Positions 51,597-63,379 of a DNA stretch of 64,000 bases are shown here, one piece after another. Where the stretch lies: NCBI RefSeq assembly GCF_964204645.1, contig NC_134029.1:14440950-14504949 (forward strand), written 5' to 3'. This DNA comes from Tubulanus polymorphus. Taxonomy: Eukaryota > Animalia > Nemertea. The notes under the pieces were generated by a model. That model saw nothing but the letters and a program-made list of their open reading frames with translations. It was not told the DNA's origin and searched no databases. How positions within the stretch are numbered: the stretch's first letter is position 1; every line of letters starts with the position of its first letter. The position numbers were made by a program, and so were the translations under genes.

Positions 51597-54500
51597 TTAC
51601 TTAAGTAGCTTGAGACCAGCATTTACAAATCTTGCGAGTTTAATTAATATATTGTTATTTACAGCATTAAATAATTGTGACATTTTAAAAGTGTTTGGTC
51701 TATTTACATAAAAAGGTGTTAAGAAAACTCTTCGTATATTGTATAGTTTGGAACACTCAAAAAGAAAATGGAATTCATAACCGATTTTGTTAAGACTACA
51801 ATATGTACAAATACGTTCGTTTCTATCAATATTTACATTACTAAATTTGTTGGCATCTAATTTACGGCTACCGATCCGAAATTCAGCGAGACTATACATG
51901 AGGTGGTTCGGTACAACGGATAAATAGTTTTCATAATCATATTTAAGTTTAAAGATTCTATAATATACGCGTATGTCACTATTTTGCAATTTTTCCCTCC
52001 ATGTCTGAATGTATCTATCTTTTAGAGATTGCTTTATGATATTTATCGACCGTAGATCGATTACGTGGTCTTGCCACACAAAGTTCAGCCCACAGTTTTG
52101 TATAATTTCCTTAATTTGGCAAATCCAATCAGATACATATAAATCTTTTCTGTATAAGTCGTACAAAATATTATACATTACTAGATTCAGCTTTGACTTG
52201 TTAGCATTTAAAGTTTTGTTCCAATATTTAATCATTCTAAGTTTAATAGTAGTCGATAAAGGTAATGTGCCAGTCTCGCCATATATCATAGTATTATGGC
52301 AGAATTTTGGTACTTTTAGAACTAATTTACAAAACCTTGTGTGGACTTTTTCTAGTATATCGATATTTTCATGGCCCCATATTTCACACCCGTACAATAG
52401 AATTGGTGCCACACAACAATCAAATAATTTAAAAAGTAAGTCTGGAGGAAGATTACATCTTCTGCCTTTTTGAATAATAGCAAACATTGCTCGAACAGCT
52501 TTGTCGTGAATTGCTTTTTTCGCTTTTGTAAATTTTCCATCCCAATTAAACAAAATTCCAAGATAATTGTACTCATCTACTCTTTCCAATGTCTCATCAC
52601 CGAATAGAAAATCGGGAAGGTTTTTTAATCTTTGCTTCGATCTTGCGAACATCATTATTTTCGTTTTATCAATGTTAACAAATAACTTGTTTACTTGGCA
52701 ATAATCATATAGTATATCTAAATTTTTTTGTAATTCAGATTCTGATTCTGCAAATAAAATTGTGTCGTCTGCATATAATAATACAAATAATTTCAGTAAT
52801 ACCTCAATTTCTTCTTCAAAACTTTATTTGTATAGTTTGCTAATAAAGGTGAGTGAGTTACTATTGTTATCGTTGAAGAATTTATCAATATCGTTAAGGA
52901 AAATAGCGAATAACAGGGGAGAAAGACTTTCACCCTGTCTTACTCCGATGTTTGAAGGGAAAAAATTTGAAGTATCACCTTTAAACGATACACACGATTT
53001 GGAATTCAAATAGAGGTTGTGAACGGTGTTAAAAAAGAGACCTTTTATACCTAAAGCCATCATCTTTTTCCATAAAGCAATTCTCCATACGGAGTCAAAG
53101 GCCTTGCGGAAGTCTACGAAGCAACAGAAAAGACGTCTACCTTGATTAAGGTATAGCTCAACAATAGATTTAAATGTGAATAGATGATCGGTAGTAGAAT
53201 ACCCCGCTCTAAAACCTGCTTGATTTTCACTTAAAAGTTGATTTACCTTCATAAAACATGTTAATCTATTATTAAGGATATTTGTAAAAAGTTTGCCTAA
53301 ACAACTAACTAGCGTTATACCTCTATAATTATCCGTACAATTAATATTGCCTTTATTCTTAAATATCGGTTTAATAGAGCCTATAGTCCAGCTTTCTGGG
53401 ATAATGCCACTCATCAATACAATATTAAAGAGTTGAAGAAAGGATGAGCGTAAGTTATCATCGGAATTTTTTATCATTTCATTACAAATTAGATCCATAC
53501 CGGTAGCTTTGTTGTTTTTTAAGGAAGAAATGGCTTTATTTAATTCTAGCATAGTTATTTCAGCATTAAGCATAGAGTCATCTATATCGTCTAAAAGTAG
53601 ATCTGTTTCCGTATCCAAAACTTCAGTCTCATCGTGAGCGTTTAGGTCAGCGAAGTGATCAAAAAAGTCATTGGATGTAAGGGTGACAGTGTCAGTTGGA
53701 ATGTTAGAATTGCTGTGCGAATTTATCAATTTCCAGAATTGTTTTGGATCTTTTGATTCACAGGATCTTAGTTCATTAATAAATGTAGTCTCGGCGGATT
53801 TTTGACGTTCAAACATAGCTTTTTTATAGTTTTTGCCAGCAATTTTCATATCATTTAAATTCGTATCCACTTTGTTGTATCTATATTTGTTCCTACGACT
53901 ATCAAATATCTTTTTTAGTCTCTTGCATTCATTATCATAACATTTATGTCTCCCTTTAGTGGTTACTTTTCTAGGCCGACTTAATCTGGAAATACCGCAG
54001 GAATCTGCGGCTGTGACCATTATATTCGAAAGTTTGTTTGTCAAGTCATCGACTGAATTTTTGTTAATAGTTGTGGGATTTACATTAGTTAAATTTCTAT
54101 TAAGCTCGGTCAATTCCGCATTGTTAATTAGCGTTCTATATTGTTGAGATTTGTCTCTTTGCCATTTAATAGATTTGATAGGTTTGTGCCTAGGTATTGT
54201 ATCAGTAACTCTATTGGCTGGGAAACTTTTATTATTCAATTCAATCGTCACAAGATGGTGACCATCTGAAAATAAAGGATTAAAAGTGTCGACACTTAAC
54301 TGGCCGATTGATACAAACACGTCTACTGAGCAAACAAAGTAATCAATTACGCTGTTTTCTTTGAATGTATAATTACCCTCTAAATCCCCAGGCGCCCTCC
54401 CATTAACAATCAAAAGCTCTAGTCTTTTACAAAGATCAATTAACTGATAGCCAGCTGTGTTGATTCTGGAGTCCTTATTGTTTCTATGGGTTATATTTGC

Positions 54501-54965
54501 CATTTGGCGGTTGAAAGGATTAATATCATCAAGATAAATGCAATTTCTATTTCAATGTCGTCGAATTTATAGTTGTTAAAAAACTTCGAGCCTTCTGGTG
54601 GAACATAAATACTACCTAAGAGAACGTCTTTCTCAGTATTAAACACACATTTATCAATTTGGAGCCATAATATGTCCTTATTTTTGGTTTGTATTTCTTT
54701 GACATATTTACTATATATGCTTCGGTATATTATCCCAATTCCGCCAGATTTTCTAACGGCTAGATTATGTCTGTTCTTAAAAATAGCACTATATCCGCTA
54801 GGTAGTTGTTCTTTAACTAATTCCGAGTCGCACGCATCGAGTTTAGTTTCCGATAAACAAAAAAAGTCAAATTGTGTTATACATTCGCCTAAGTCAGGTG
54901 ATTTCATTTTGTTAAATAATCCACTAACATTTAATGCCGCAATCCGTATGTTGGTCTCGGCAACA
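51597..54965 (-). pseudogene. LINE ORF2 (AP endonuclease, RT, C-terminal Cys/His motif), two frameshifts
   Basis: LNVSGL, LSETK, SVIDY, NYRGITL, FVDFRKAFDSV, GVRQGESLSPLLF, LYADD, CTYC...EFHFLFEC. Confidence 0.92.
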
Positions 54966-55727
54966 TCCTATTCGCGGTGCGTCGGGCGCGGCGCGTGGTT
55001 CGCCACGGAACACTTCTTTACCGTTTACGATTAGTTTATCTCTAACGAATTTCACTTTATAACCATTCTTTTTCGCATCCCGATATTCACCCATTCGCGA
55101 TTTTCTCCGATCCTGCCATTCTTTTGGAATTTGTTCGGACATTCCAAACGAGGTTCCAGTCAGATTACGACCTGCGCTAAGAACTCTTTCCTTGTCGGTG
55201 TATTTATGGAATTTCGCTACTATCGGTCTGGTTTTTCCGCGTTTATGTCCTCCCAATCTGTGTACTCGATCGAGTACCGGTTTGAAGTCCGCAATTCCTA
55301 GATCATTTTGTATGAATTTCTGTATTTTGTCATTGCAGTCCTCATTTTCCTCTTCTTTGATCGAGTAGAAGATCGCGTTTTCGCGCATAGATCTCCACTG
55401 CAAATCCAGTAACGCTTCATGATCCGCTCGTTGCTGTGCTAGGATAACCTCTTTCGCTTCACTATTTTCCGCTACGTCCTTTTCTAATCGTTGGTTTTCT
55501 AGCTTTAGCTCGTTGATAGTTTCATGACAAAATTCTAACGATTTCGTCAGATTGGCGATCTCCGCGATTAGATTATCTGGTACATCCAGTTTATCGAGCT
55601 TCTTTAGTTGGCTAAATATTTCCGAAATTGCCGAATGTACATCCAACTCGTCTTGCGATTGATTTTTATTCTTGGCTCGCAGCTTTGTATCTGGTGAAGA
55701 TCTAATAGATTTCGTGGTTGGTGCCAT
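54924..55727 (-). CDS. LINE ORF1, coiled coil plus L1-type RRM
   Basis: 267 aa with RSMRENAIF, LDRVHRLG, RPIVAKF, DKLIVNG. Confidence 0.88.
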   Translation of the reverse strand: MAPTTKSIRSSPDTKLRAKNKNQSQDELDVHSAISEIFSQLKKLDKLDVPDNLIAEIANLTKSLEFCHETINELKLENQRLEKDVAENSEAKEVILAQQRADHEALLDLQWRSMRENAIFYSIKEEENEDCNDKIQKFIQNDLGIADFKPVLDRVHRLGGHKRGKTRPIVAKFHKYTDKERVLSAGRNLTGTSFGMSEQIPKEWQDRRKSRMGEYRDAKKNGYKVKFVRDKLIVNGKEVFRGEPRAAPDAPRIGCCRDQHTDCGIKC

Positions 55728-57354
55728 TGTATCTGTAGTTGTCGTGTTGAAATATTAAGAGAGCACCGAAAACGCGTCTGCATTCGTTAACCACGTTGGA
55801 TTTTGTCCAATGTCGTATAGCGCCGCCGCGGTCGAAAATCGAACTAATCTGTCAAGTCGATAATTTTCTAAGTGAGAAGACGCCGCGTTCAGTTCGCGGT
55901 ACACTGTACGTACAATTTTTCGATACACTGCTGTTCAACAAATTTTTTTTGAAGTTGAAGTTCACAGCGCGCTATTCAGTTTTCAGAAGTAGAGGGCTAA
56001 AAATAACATCATTCGTAAGATCTCAGATTGAATATTTTCATCAGATTCAGAGCCCAGTTCATTGTATAAAATGTGTTATTTCATGTATTAGACAGTTACT
56101 TCTATTACGCTGACAGGAGTTTTTATGTCATAATTTGTTTACCTCATGTGTAACTCAATTATAGCAGAGTTGATAGTTTAATCATCAATTATTAATTTAT
56201 AAATAAATTAGTATTATTAATTTAATTATTGGATTGATTATTATTAAGAGATACGACATTATAAACATATATATAATGCACAGATATGGATGTTATATAT
56301 AATGCAAAGATATGGATGTTATAATGATAATGTATTTCTACTCGCATAGAAATGAGACTTAAGTTTTCCTGTTTGGATATTCTAAAATCTTATAAGTCCT
56401 TTGCCAAGGATATGAATGGTTTGTGATGATATCATGTTAACTAAATTCATTTGTTGGTTGAACGATTTCAATTAATATCGCAATATTTAGCATTCGTGAT
56501 ATAATTAATATGATAGAGATATGGCCATTTGTCTATTGTTTATGTTAGCAAAAGATTGCATTTGATATAGAAGGCTTTAAAATGTTTTGATGTATGGTTG
56601 AGATTTTCAAAATAAATGTTATGCTTACATGAGATAATTGGAACTAGATGTTTTATTTCATTTTTATCAAGTATCGATGGATGAGAAGTCTTTCGACGAT
56701 GTGCAGTTAGCCCATTAGAGTTTGCCTTAAAATACTTTACTCTCAGTCTAAGCTGAATTTAATTCATACCGCCGTTACAGTACTATAAAATTCACACAAA
56801 ATCTTTAGCGTCATTGGAATAGGACGTCCCCTGTTTCACATCCGGCAGGTGTTTTGACGGTGGGTAAGTTTAATAAGGTGCACCAAATCTATTAAAACGA
56901 TCGCTATTTTAAAATCAAATCATCCCGAAGAAAATGGGGATTTGAACCTATCGGATATATACTGGTACTCGGCGTCTTTCCACTTAACAAAACATCGTCA
57001 ATAACATTAGTTCTTATTATTGCTAAGCGGCGCTACCGGTACTGTCGATCGGACATTAGAAACTTTCTACCTTTTGCCAATAGAATCACAAATAAACGAA
57101 CACGGCCCGCCATGATTTCACACTAATTACCACCAAAAACCGTCCGACTACTATCATCTGAAGCGGGGTGTCCAGCGGGCGCAACGGAAAAGCCGCCAAT
57201 GATATAATTTCAACCAGTAATTTAACACCCGTTCTTTGGATAAATGGAAAACAAAATTACGGTGACAAAAACAGACACCACACAAAAATGAAGAGACAAC
57301 AAAATAAGGGGGCACCTCCATATTCACAATTCACATGCCAAACCTACGATCTTA

Positions 57355-57770
57355 ACACACAGTCCCAGTACCGTACACTCACTCTCACTCACAGTACACG
57401 CTTACACTCACACTAAATTATTAGACACTCTCATTCTCACTCGTACTCAAACTACACACTCAGTCTCACCTACGAGCAATTATCTAGTTTAGATAATTGC
57501 TCGTAGCTCTCACAGTACACTCACTCTCACAGTACCGTACACGCTTACAGTCACTGACACTCACATTGCACTCTCACTCAAACACTCACAGTACACACTC
57601 TCACTCACCGTACACGCTCACAGTCACTCACAGTCTCACTCTCACTCAAACACTGTCACTCACTGACACTCACAGTACACACCCACTCTCACTCTCACTC
57701 ACCGTACACACTCACTCTCTCACACTCACAGTACAAAGTACACAGTACACTGTACACAGTACACTCACTC
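57355..57770. repeat. CA/CT-rich low-complexity repeat
   Basis: Runs of (CACT)n and CACAGTACA. Confidence 0.85.
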
Positions 57771-57799
57771 ATCTTTTATCTGAATCTGTTCAACATTTT

Positions 57800-58410
57800 T
57801 TGAGGTGTAGTCGTAGAGCTGCAGAGCTGTAGAGTTGTCTGTACATGTACCACGTTCTATATATATATTTTTTTTCAGTTGTTGAGGTGTCGAGGTGTAG
57901 AGGTGTAGAGTTGTCTGTACCAAAACCACATTCTCTCTATATCTTTGTCAGTTGTTGAGGTGTCGAGGTGTAGAGTTGTCTGTACCAAAACCACATTCTC
58001 TCTATATCTCTGTCAGTTGTTGAGGTGTCGAGGTGTAGAGCTGTAGAGTTGTCTGTACCAAAGCCACATTCTCTCTATATCTTTGTCAGTTGTTGAGGTG
58101 TCGAGGTGTAGAGTTGTCTGTACCAAAACCACATTCTCTCTATATCTCTGTCAGTTGTTGAGGTGTCGAGGTGTAGAGTTGTCTGTACCAAAACCACATT
58201 CTCTCTATATCTTTGTCAGTTGTTGAGGTGTCGAGGTGTAGAGTTGTCTGTACCAAAACCACATTCTCTCTATATCTCTGTCAGTTGTTGAGGTGTCGAG
58301 GTGTAGAGCTGTAGAGTTGTCTGTACCAAAGCCACATTCTCTCTATAGCTTTGTCAGTTGTTGAGGTGTAGAACTGTAGAGTTGTCAGTCATAAAATCCA
58401 CGTTCTCTCT
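57800..58410. repeat. Minisatellite with 65/73-bp units, about 9 copies
   Basis: GTTGTTGAGGTGTCGAGGTGTAGAG(CTGTAGAG)TTGTCTGTACCAAAACCACATTCTCTCTATATCT(T/C)TGTCA. Confidence 0.9.
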
Positions 58411-60923
58411 TTATCATCATGTGTAGGCTATGTCGCACCGCCATTTATCCACCAGTCCCTTTTGGATTGCTAAGTATCGCCAGGTACCATCTATAGACAA
58501 TTTACGGGAGCTACCACCCGCTATAGTCCCCTATTCTTAAATCGCACCCATTTTTTACATATTACATCACTTACAACGATAAACATCCGTCGCCGACTGA
58601 AAAATTCACAAAAACTTCCGCATTGAGAGCGCCACCGCACCAATTCAAATTGGATCGGAAACCCTCCAGCGATGCACTCTATGATCATTAGAACCTGTCT
58701 TTGCTGACTGGGAATAAGATATTTCTCAGCGCGAAGGGGGCGGGGCGCAGCGTCACCAGGTCCCGCTCCGCGAGGAAGCTAGATTTTCAAAGAAATGAGT
58801 GCACGCGACGGCCGTGACCACTTGTTAGTGACGTCATCAAGAATGATGGCTCCGAGGATCGCCACATCACAGGTTACTGTGAATAAATGGGATTCGACCA
58901 TTCAAAAGTTCAAAATGTACTTTCTTGTTTTGTAAAACAAGTTTATTCATGTCGTTATATAAAGCATTTTGTTTGAAACATTCTTTAATAATGTTTGTTG
59001 AGTTTAAAGCCAATTGTCGTTGTGTAATTCGATACTGGTCACTGACATCAAAGTTTTAGTTTCTGTTCACATGTTTCGACTTATAAATATCCAACTTGTA
59101 TGTTCTATCATTTAATACAGGCCATGTGATTAATTGCGTATCACTCCATTAGTTTAAAAAAAGAGCACATATTTCGATATTGTTAAATAATTAACAACAT
59201 TTTTTTCTGTCACACGTTGATTTTTACCCATCACTTATAAAATTCAAATGTACGTGATGTATTCCGTAAGCTATGTAAGCTTGTTCTGAAAAATACACTA
59301 TGAATTTTCAATTTGTACTGACCATAATAGTTTATTTTTCGTAAATAAAATTTATATTTTAATTAAATAATTTCAAAATCTTTTCTATGCCCTCTGCGAC
59401 AGAAAGTTACTAAGGACTATTACATATTCAGATGTACGTTGATAATTGATTTCAATCCTCCATTCAAATAATTATATGAACATTATTTCGGAAGATGCAG
59501 GTGGCGCACAATCATAATACATACAACTCATCAAGCTGACGAGTCGTTTCCGTAACCTATGTTACAGACGGGTAACCAATCTACTCGACTCCACAGACAA
59601 CTAAACGACCCGAGTAACCCCCAATTTGACCATAACTATAAATTATGATATGTTAAACCGCATTGGTGTGACTTGACACGTCAAATGCGTATCCCGTATT
59701 GATATATTTCTATTATCCACTTTTCAAACTATGAATAGCACGCCTGCTCAGAAAACCCGTTGTCGCTGCTTTGCAGCTATATTCATTATTATTTTTTTTC
59801 CCTTTTCCACACAGTTTTTGTTTAAAGTGTAAAGGCTTCCTTACCTTACCGCTGTCGCCGATACAATCCGTATGATATCCTTCAGCTCACTTCAATCTCC
59901 AGATACTGCATGGGAATTTTGATAAATCCACGTTATAAAGGCACTGTCGAGCCGTAAACATCGGAAATTTGGCTCCGTTCAATTAGTAGCCATGTTGTAT
60001 TTTCTTTCCGAAATTTCTCTCTTCTTTATGAGGAAGAGCTATCGAATTATTCCCTCTCTTCTCCACAATCAATTTCAAAGTCAATTTTACGAATTTATTG
60101 CTGAGCGGGTCCGAGCACAGGGGCTCGTATCAGAGTTGTAGGTAATGTAAAAACGATAATCTGTTAATCCAATGTATATAGTATATATAAAATAACAAGG
60201 GGGCTAACGACGCTCACAAACTCCTCAACTTCAGTCGCTTACTTTTTCGTTATTTTTCATCTGATTTTGATAATCCAGGCATGATATGAAAGCTAATACC
60301 TTCCTGCTTCTAACGAAACTAATCCCGTTAATTTCCGATGAATAGTTCGTGAATTATATGTCTTTGAACGCGAAATTAGGGCCGAAATCGCCTGGACCGA
60401 AAATGCTATGACGCCGGTTTTTGCCGATTTCGAAATTTAAAACGTTGATCACTACAGAATTTGTAATCCATAAAAGACAAAATCAACATCAGCCGGAAAC
60501 CCAGACCAGATCAATTCATAATTTATTGATTGAATCTACACTACAATATATGTATCTATTCTAAATCATAGTACGTTCTTATCTGTAAATTCACTCAATC
60601 TATTGACTCAGCAGGTGCTTAAGATGAGTTCTTAATAGGACAGATTCATTTTTAAGCATGGTGATAATACAGTATCATGATGTTTGAATGCCAAAATAAA
60701 TGCCTGGTCAAATAAATTAATATTTGTGATTGTACGTCCGCGTATGTTCGGTTTCAAAGCTGAATCATATTTGACGTTTACACAGCATATTAGGTTCGAA
60801 TCTGTCAATGCATTTTATTCTATGTATCGATATTTCAATTTACTACAATTCCCATCTTTCTGAATGGCTTTGCAGAAAACCCGTCATCGCTGCTTGGCAG
60901 CTATATTTTTTATCAAAATTGAA

Positions 60924-61253
60924 TTAACATGTAATAATTCTTTTCATAATCTCATTCTCTTTTGTTTCTTCTCTTTTGAATTTTAAGTATTCATCTAAGT
61001 TGCAACCATAAGCAACTGTATGAATTCCATCATCTATAATATATCTTTTATCATCGAAAGGATTTAAACTTATCTTCTCTATCTCTTCAATAAACATTTC
61101 ATGATCTTCAGATCTTAAACATTTCATCTTATGTTTTCTAACTTCTTCATTGAATATACAATTGATGTAATCTTCGAAATGAATGTTTTTTTTCTACTAT
61201 ACTTTTGGTAATTCCTTTTAACTTTTTAGCTTCATGAGTTTTAGTTTTATATG
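60924..61253 (-). pseudogene. C-terminal part of copy A pPolB, continuing from 31805
   Basis: Resumes at SYKTK, the codon region where 28887-31805 stops; LNPFDDKRY; TSD TATATG at 61248-61253. Confidence 0.92.
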
Positions 61254-61759
61254 AGTAATAGGGATAATGGGCTTTCATACCAAAGGTCGAAAGTTCGAGC
61301 TCATAAAAAATGAAAAATATGAAAATAATAACAATTTCTATTTGAATTAGTAGCGAAACTCATATAAAATGAAAAATAATTCTCGCACACTCGAATTTAT
61401 TTTTCATTTTATTTGAGTTTCACTCCTAATTCAAATAGAAATTATTATTATTTTCATATTATTCATTTTTTACTCACTAGCCCTTTCAACCTTTGATATG
61501 AAAGCCCATTATCCCTATTACTCTTAAAATATTAATATACATGAATAAAATATATATGAATAACATATAAATTGATAGATTATTCAATATAAAAGTGTGA
61601 GTAAAGTGTAAGCTCTTATAGAATAGATATATAGATATATTTATAACATTATTTCAATATTCATATTTGTATGAGTTAGATTTTTAAACATTAAAAGTGT
61701 TAGTAAAGTGTGATTGAAATAATACATGATATAAATCATTGAACTTCTAAAATCAATTT
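61254..61759 (+). repeat. Right terminal inverted repeat of copy B, now in direct orientation because of the inversion; 269-bp hairpin at 61254-61522
   Basis: Near-identical to 31806-32310. Confidence 0.88.
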
Positions 61760-61781
61760 AGTAAAAAAATATGTATAATAA

Positions 61782-62459
61782 ATGGAACCAGAACAACCAC
61801 AAACTATCAATATTACAAATAACACTGGCGTCATAAATATATACTACAAGAAGTGTTCTAAATGTGAATTAGATAAATTAGCTATAACAGAATTCAGTAA
61901 GCGTAAGATTAGCAAAGATGGTTTTCAATATTGTTGTAAAACTTGTTTTAAACTATATACCAAACAATACCGAGAAGATAATATAGAACATTATAATTAT
62001 TATATGGCAGAATATATGAGAGAAAGATATCAAACAGATCTTAATTTTAGATTGAAACAATGCTTAAGATCTAGATTAACACAATTATTCAACAAAGAAA
62101 CACATTCAGAAACACTATCTAATTTATTGGGTTGTACAGATGAATTTTTCATATCATGGATAATATATCAATTCGATGATAAAATGAATATAGATAATTA
62201 TGGTGAATACTTTCATATTGATCATGTGTTACCAATATCTAAATTTAACATGAATATGGAATACAATAAAAAACTTATTTGGAATTGGAAGAATTTAAGA
62301 CCTTTAGAAAAGAAGGAAAACATAATTAAATCTAATAAACTAGATTTACAGTTATATTTAGAACAGTTAACAAAGGCAAAGAAATTTATTGATCAATGGA
62401 ACAATGATCCAAATAATGAACAATACGTTGAGGAATTTGATATCAAGGATCCGAAATGA
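61782..62459 (+). CDS. HNH-type endonuclease with N-terminal CxxC...CxxC zinc finger, resembling NCLDV families
   Basis: KKCSKC...CKTC; LLGCT..F; FHIDHVLPISKF...WNWKNLRPL...NIIKSN; intact 225 aa. Confidence 0.8.
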   Translation: MEPEQPQTINITNNTGVINIYYKKCSKCELDKLAITEFSKRKISKDGFQYCCKTCFKLYTKQYREDNIEHYNYYMAEYMRERYQTDLNFRLKQCLRSRLTQLFNKETHSETLSNLLGCTDEFFISWIIYQFDDKMNIDNYGEYFHIDHVLPISKFNMNMEYNKKLIWNWKNLRPLEKKENIIKSNKLDLQLYLEQLTKAKKFIDQWNNDPNNEQYVEEFDIKDPK

Positions 62460-62770
62460 CTTATCTGATAGTTATAATTACTGCTCCTAATAGATAAACA
62501 AAAGTAGTGAGATATCAAATAGAATTCAAATAAAATATATTAAAAAAACAATAACTTCAACTAGCCATTATTTCTATTTTAATTTTTGATATTTTCTTTT
62601 ACAATTCTTTTCAAAAGAGAATACTTTATATTTTGAATAGATTCAAATAGAAATTCTTTAAATTCAAATAGCTAGTACCAGTAGTCAATACTAGAATTCT
62701 TTAACTTTAACTATCTAGTATCATTTTATAATACTTATAATATTTTTCTTATTAAATTTCTCCAATATAA

Positions 62771-63379
62771 ATGTCAAAGAAATCGAGTAAGAATAGTATT
62801 GATATTGAAAAAACATTAGATGATTTGGGTATTAGTGATAATAAGGATCCAGTTGTTTCTAATTCTATTCAAGTTAATTGTAAAATAGATTATGAATACT
62901 ATTTATATTGTAAGCATCATCTAGAACTATTGATTGCCGGTGGAAAAACTAAGGAGTTTTTAAATAGAATCATTACTTTTCAAGAACTAGACTCTATGAA
63001 ACCAGATAAAGTAATAAAATATTTTAAGATTTATGAAGAAGCTAGATTAGCTAGAATAAATGATTCTATTTCAGATGGTATTGTCAAATGTTATTCTAAG
63101 TTATGTAACCGGTTAATACCAATTGATGATGAAAATAAATTATATAGTGATTTGAAAAATGACTATTTAGTTATGACTGAATTACAAAAATGGGTTGGTT
63201 ATGCTTCATTCCAATTAGGATCGGTTATGACATTAATTTCTACTGGTGTCATAACATTTTCGAATATTAAGCCTATGGAATATAAATCAGGTAAGAACGA
63301 AACAGATGACGCTGTACTACAACCAAACAGTGAAACAGAAAATGAATCAGAACAAAAATTAACTAAAATAAATGAGTGA
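62771..63379 (+). CDS. Polinton 202-aa hypothetical protein with a hydrophobic segment near the C-terminus
   Basis: Intact ORF with TAAATG start. Confidence 0.7.
   Translation: MSKKSSKNSIDIEKTLDDLGISDNKDPVVSNSIQVNCKIDYEYYLYCKHHLELLIAGGKTKEFLNRIITFQELDSMKPDKVIKYFKIYEEARLARINDSISDGIVKCYSKLCNRLIPIDDENKLYSDLKNDYLVMTELQKWVGYASFQLGSVMTLISTGVITFSNIKPMEYKSGKNETDDAVLQPNSETENESEQKLTKINE

Larger units (their letters stand above)
51425..55795 (-). mobile_element. Near full-length non-LTR retrotransposon, RTE-X-like (clade tentative)
   Basis: ORF1 plus APE-RT ORF2; 3' AATAAATAAA followed by a (TAAACC)n tail; no TSD seen. Confidence 0.9.
46462..59783 (+). mobile_element. Inner HINE of a related family (13.3 kb with cargo) inserted in the ATT repeat of the outer one
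   Basis: Second TTAGGGTTTTCTG start and second CAGAAAACCC...GCTGC-TTT-GCAGC-TATATT end. Confidence 0.8.
46411..60907 (+). mobile_element. Outer HINE inserted between pPolB and the 117-aa gene of copy A
   Basis: TTAGGGTTTTCTG...CAGAAAACCCTA start; GCAGAAAACCC plus hairpin GCTGC-TTG-GCAGC-TATATT end; the flanks rejoin to match copy B 35101-35135. Confidence 0.85.

Noticed and set aside
52009-55034. Plus-strand ORFs over the LINE, and similar ones over Gypsy and Polinton genes
   Set aside because: Antisense shadows of real coding frames.
57497-57832. 111-aa His/Thr/Leu/Ser-rich ORF
   Set aside because: Translation of a CA/CT low-complexity repeat.
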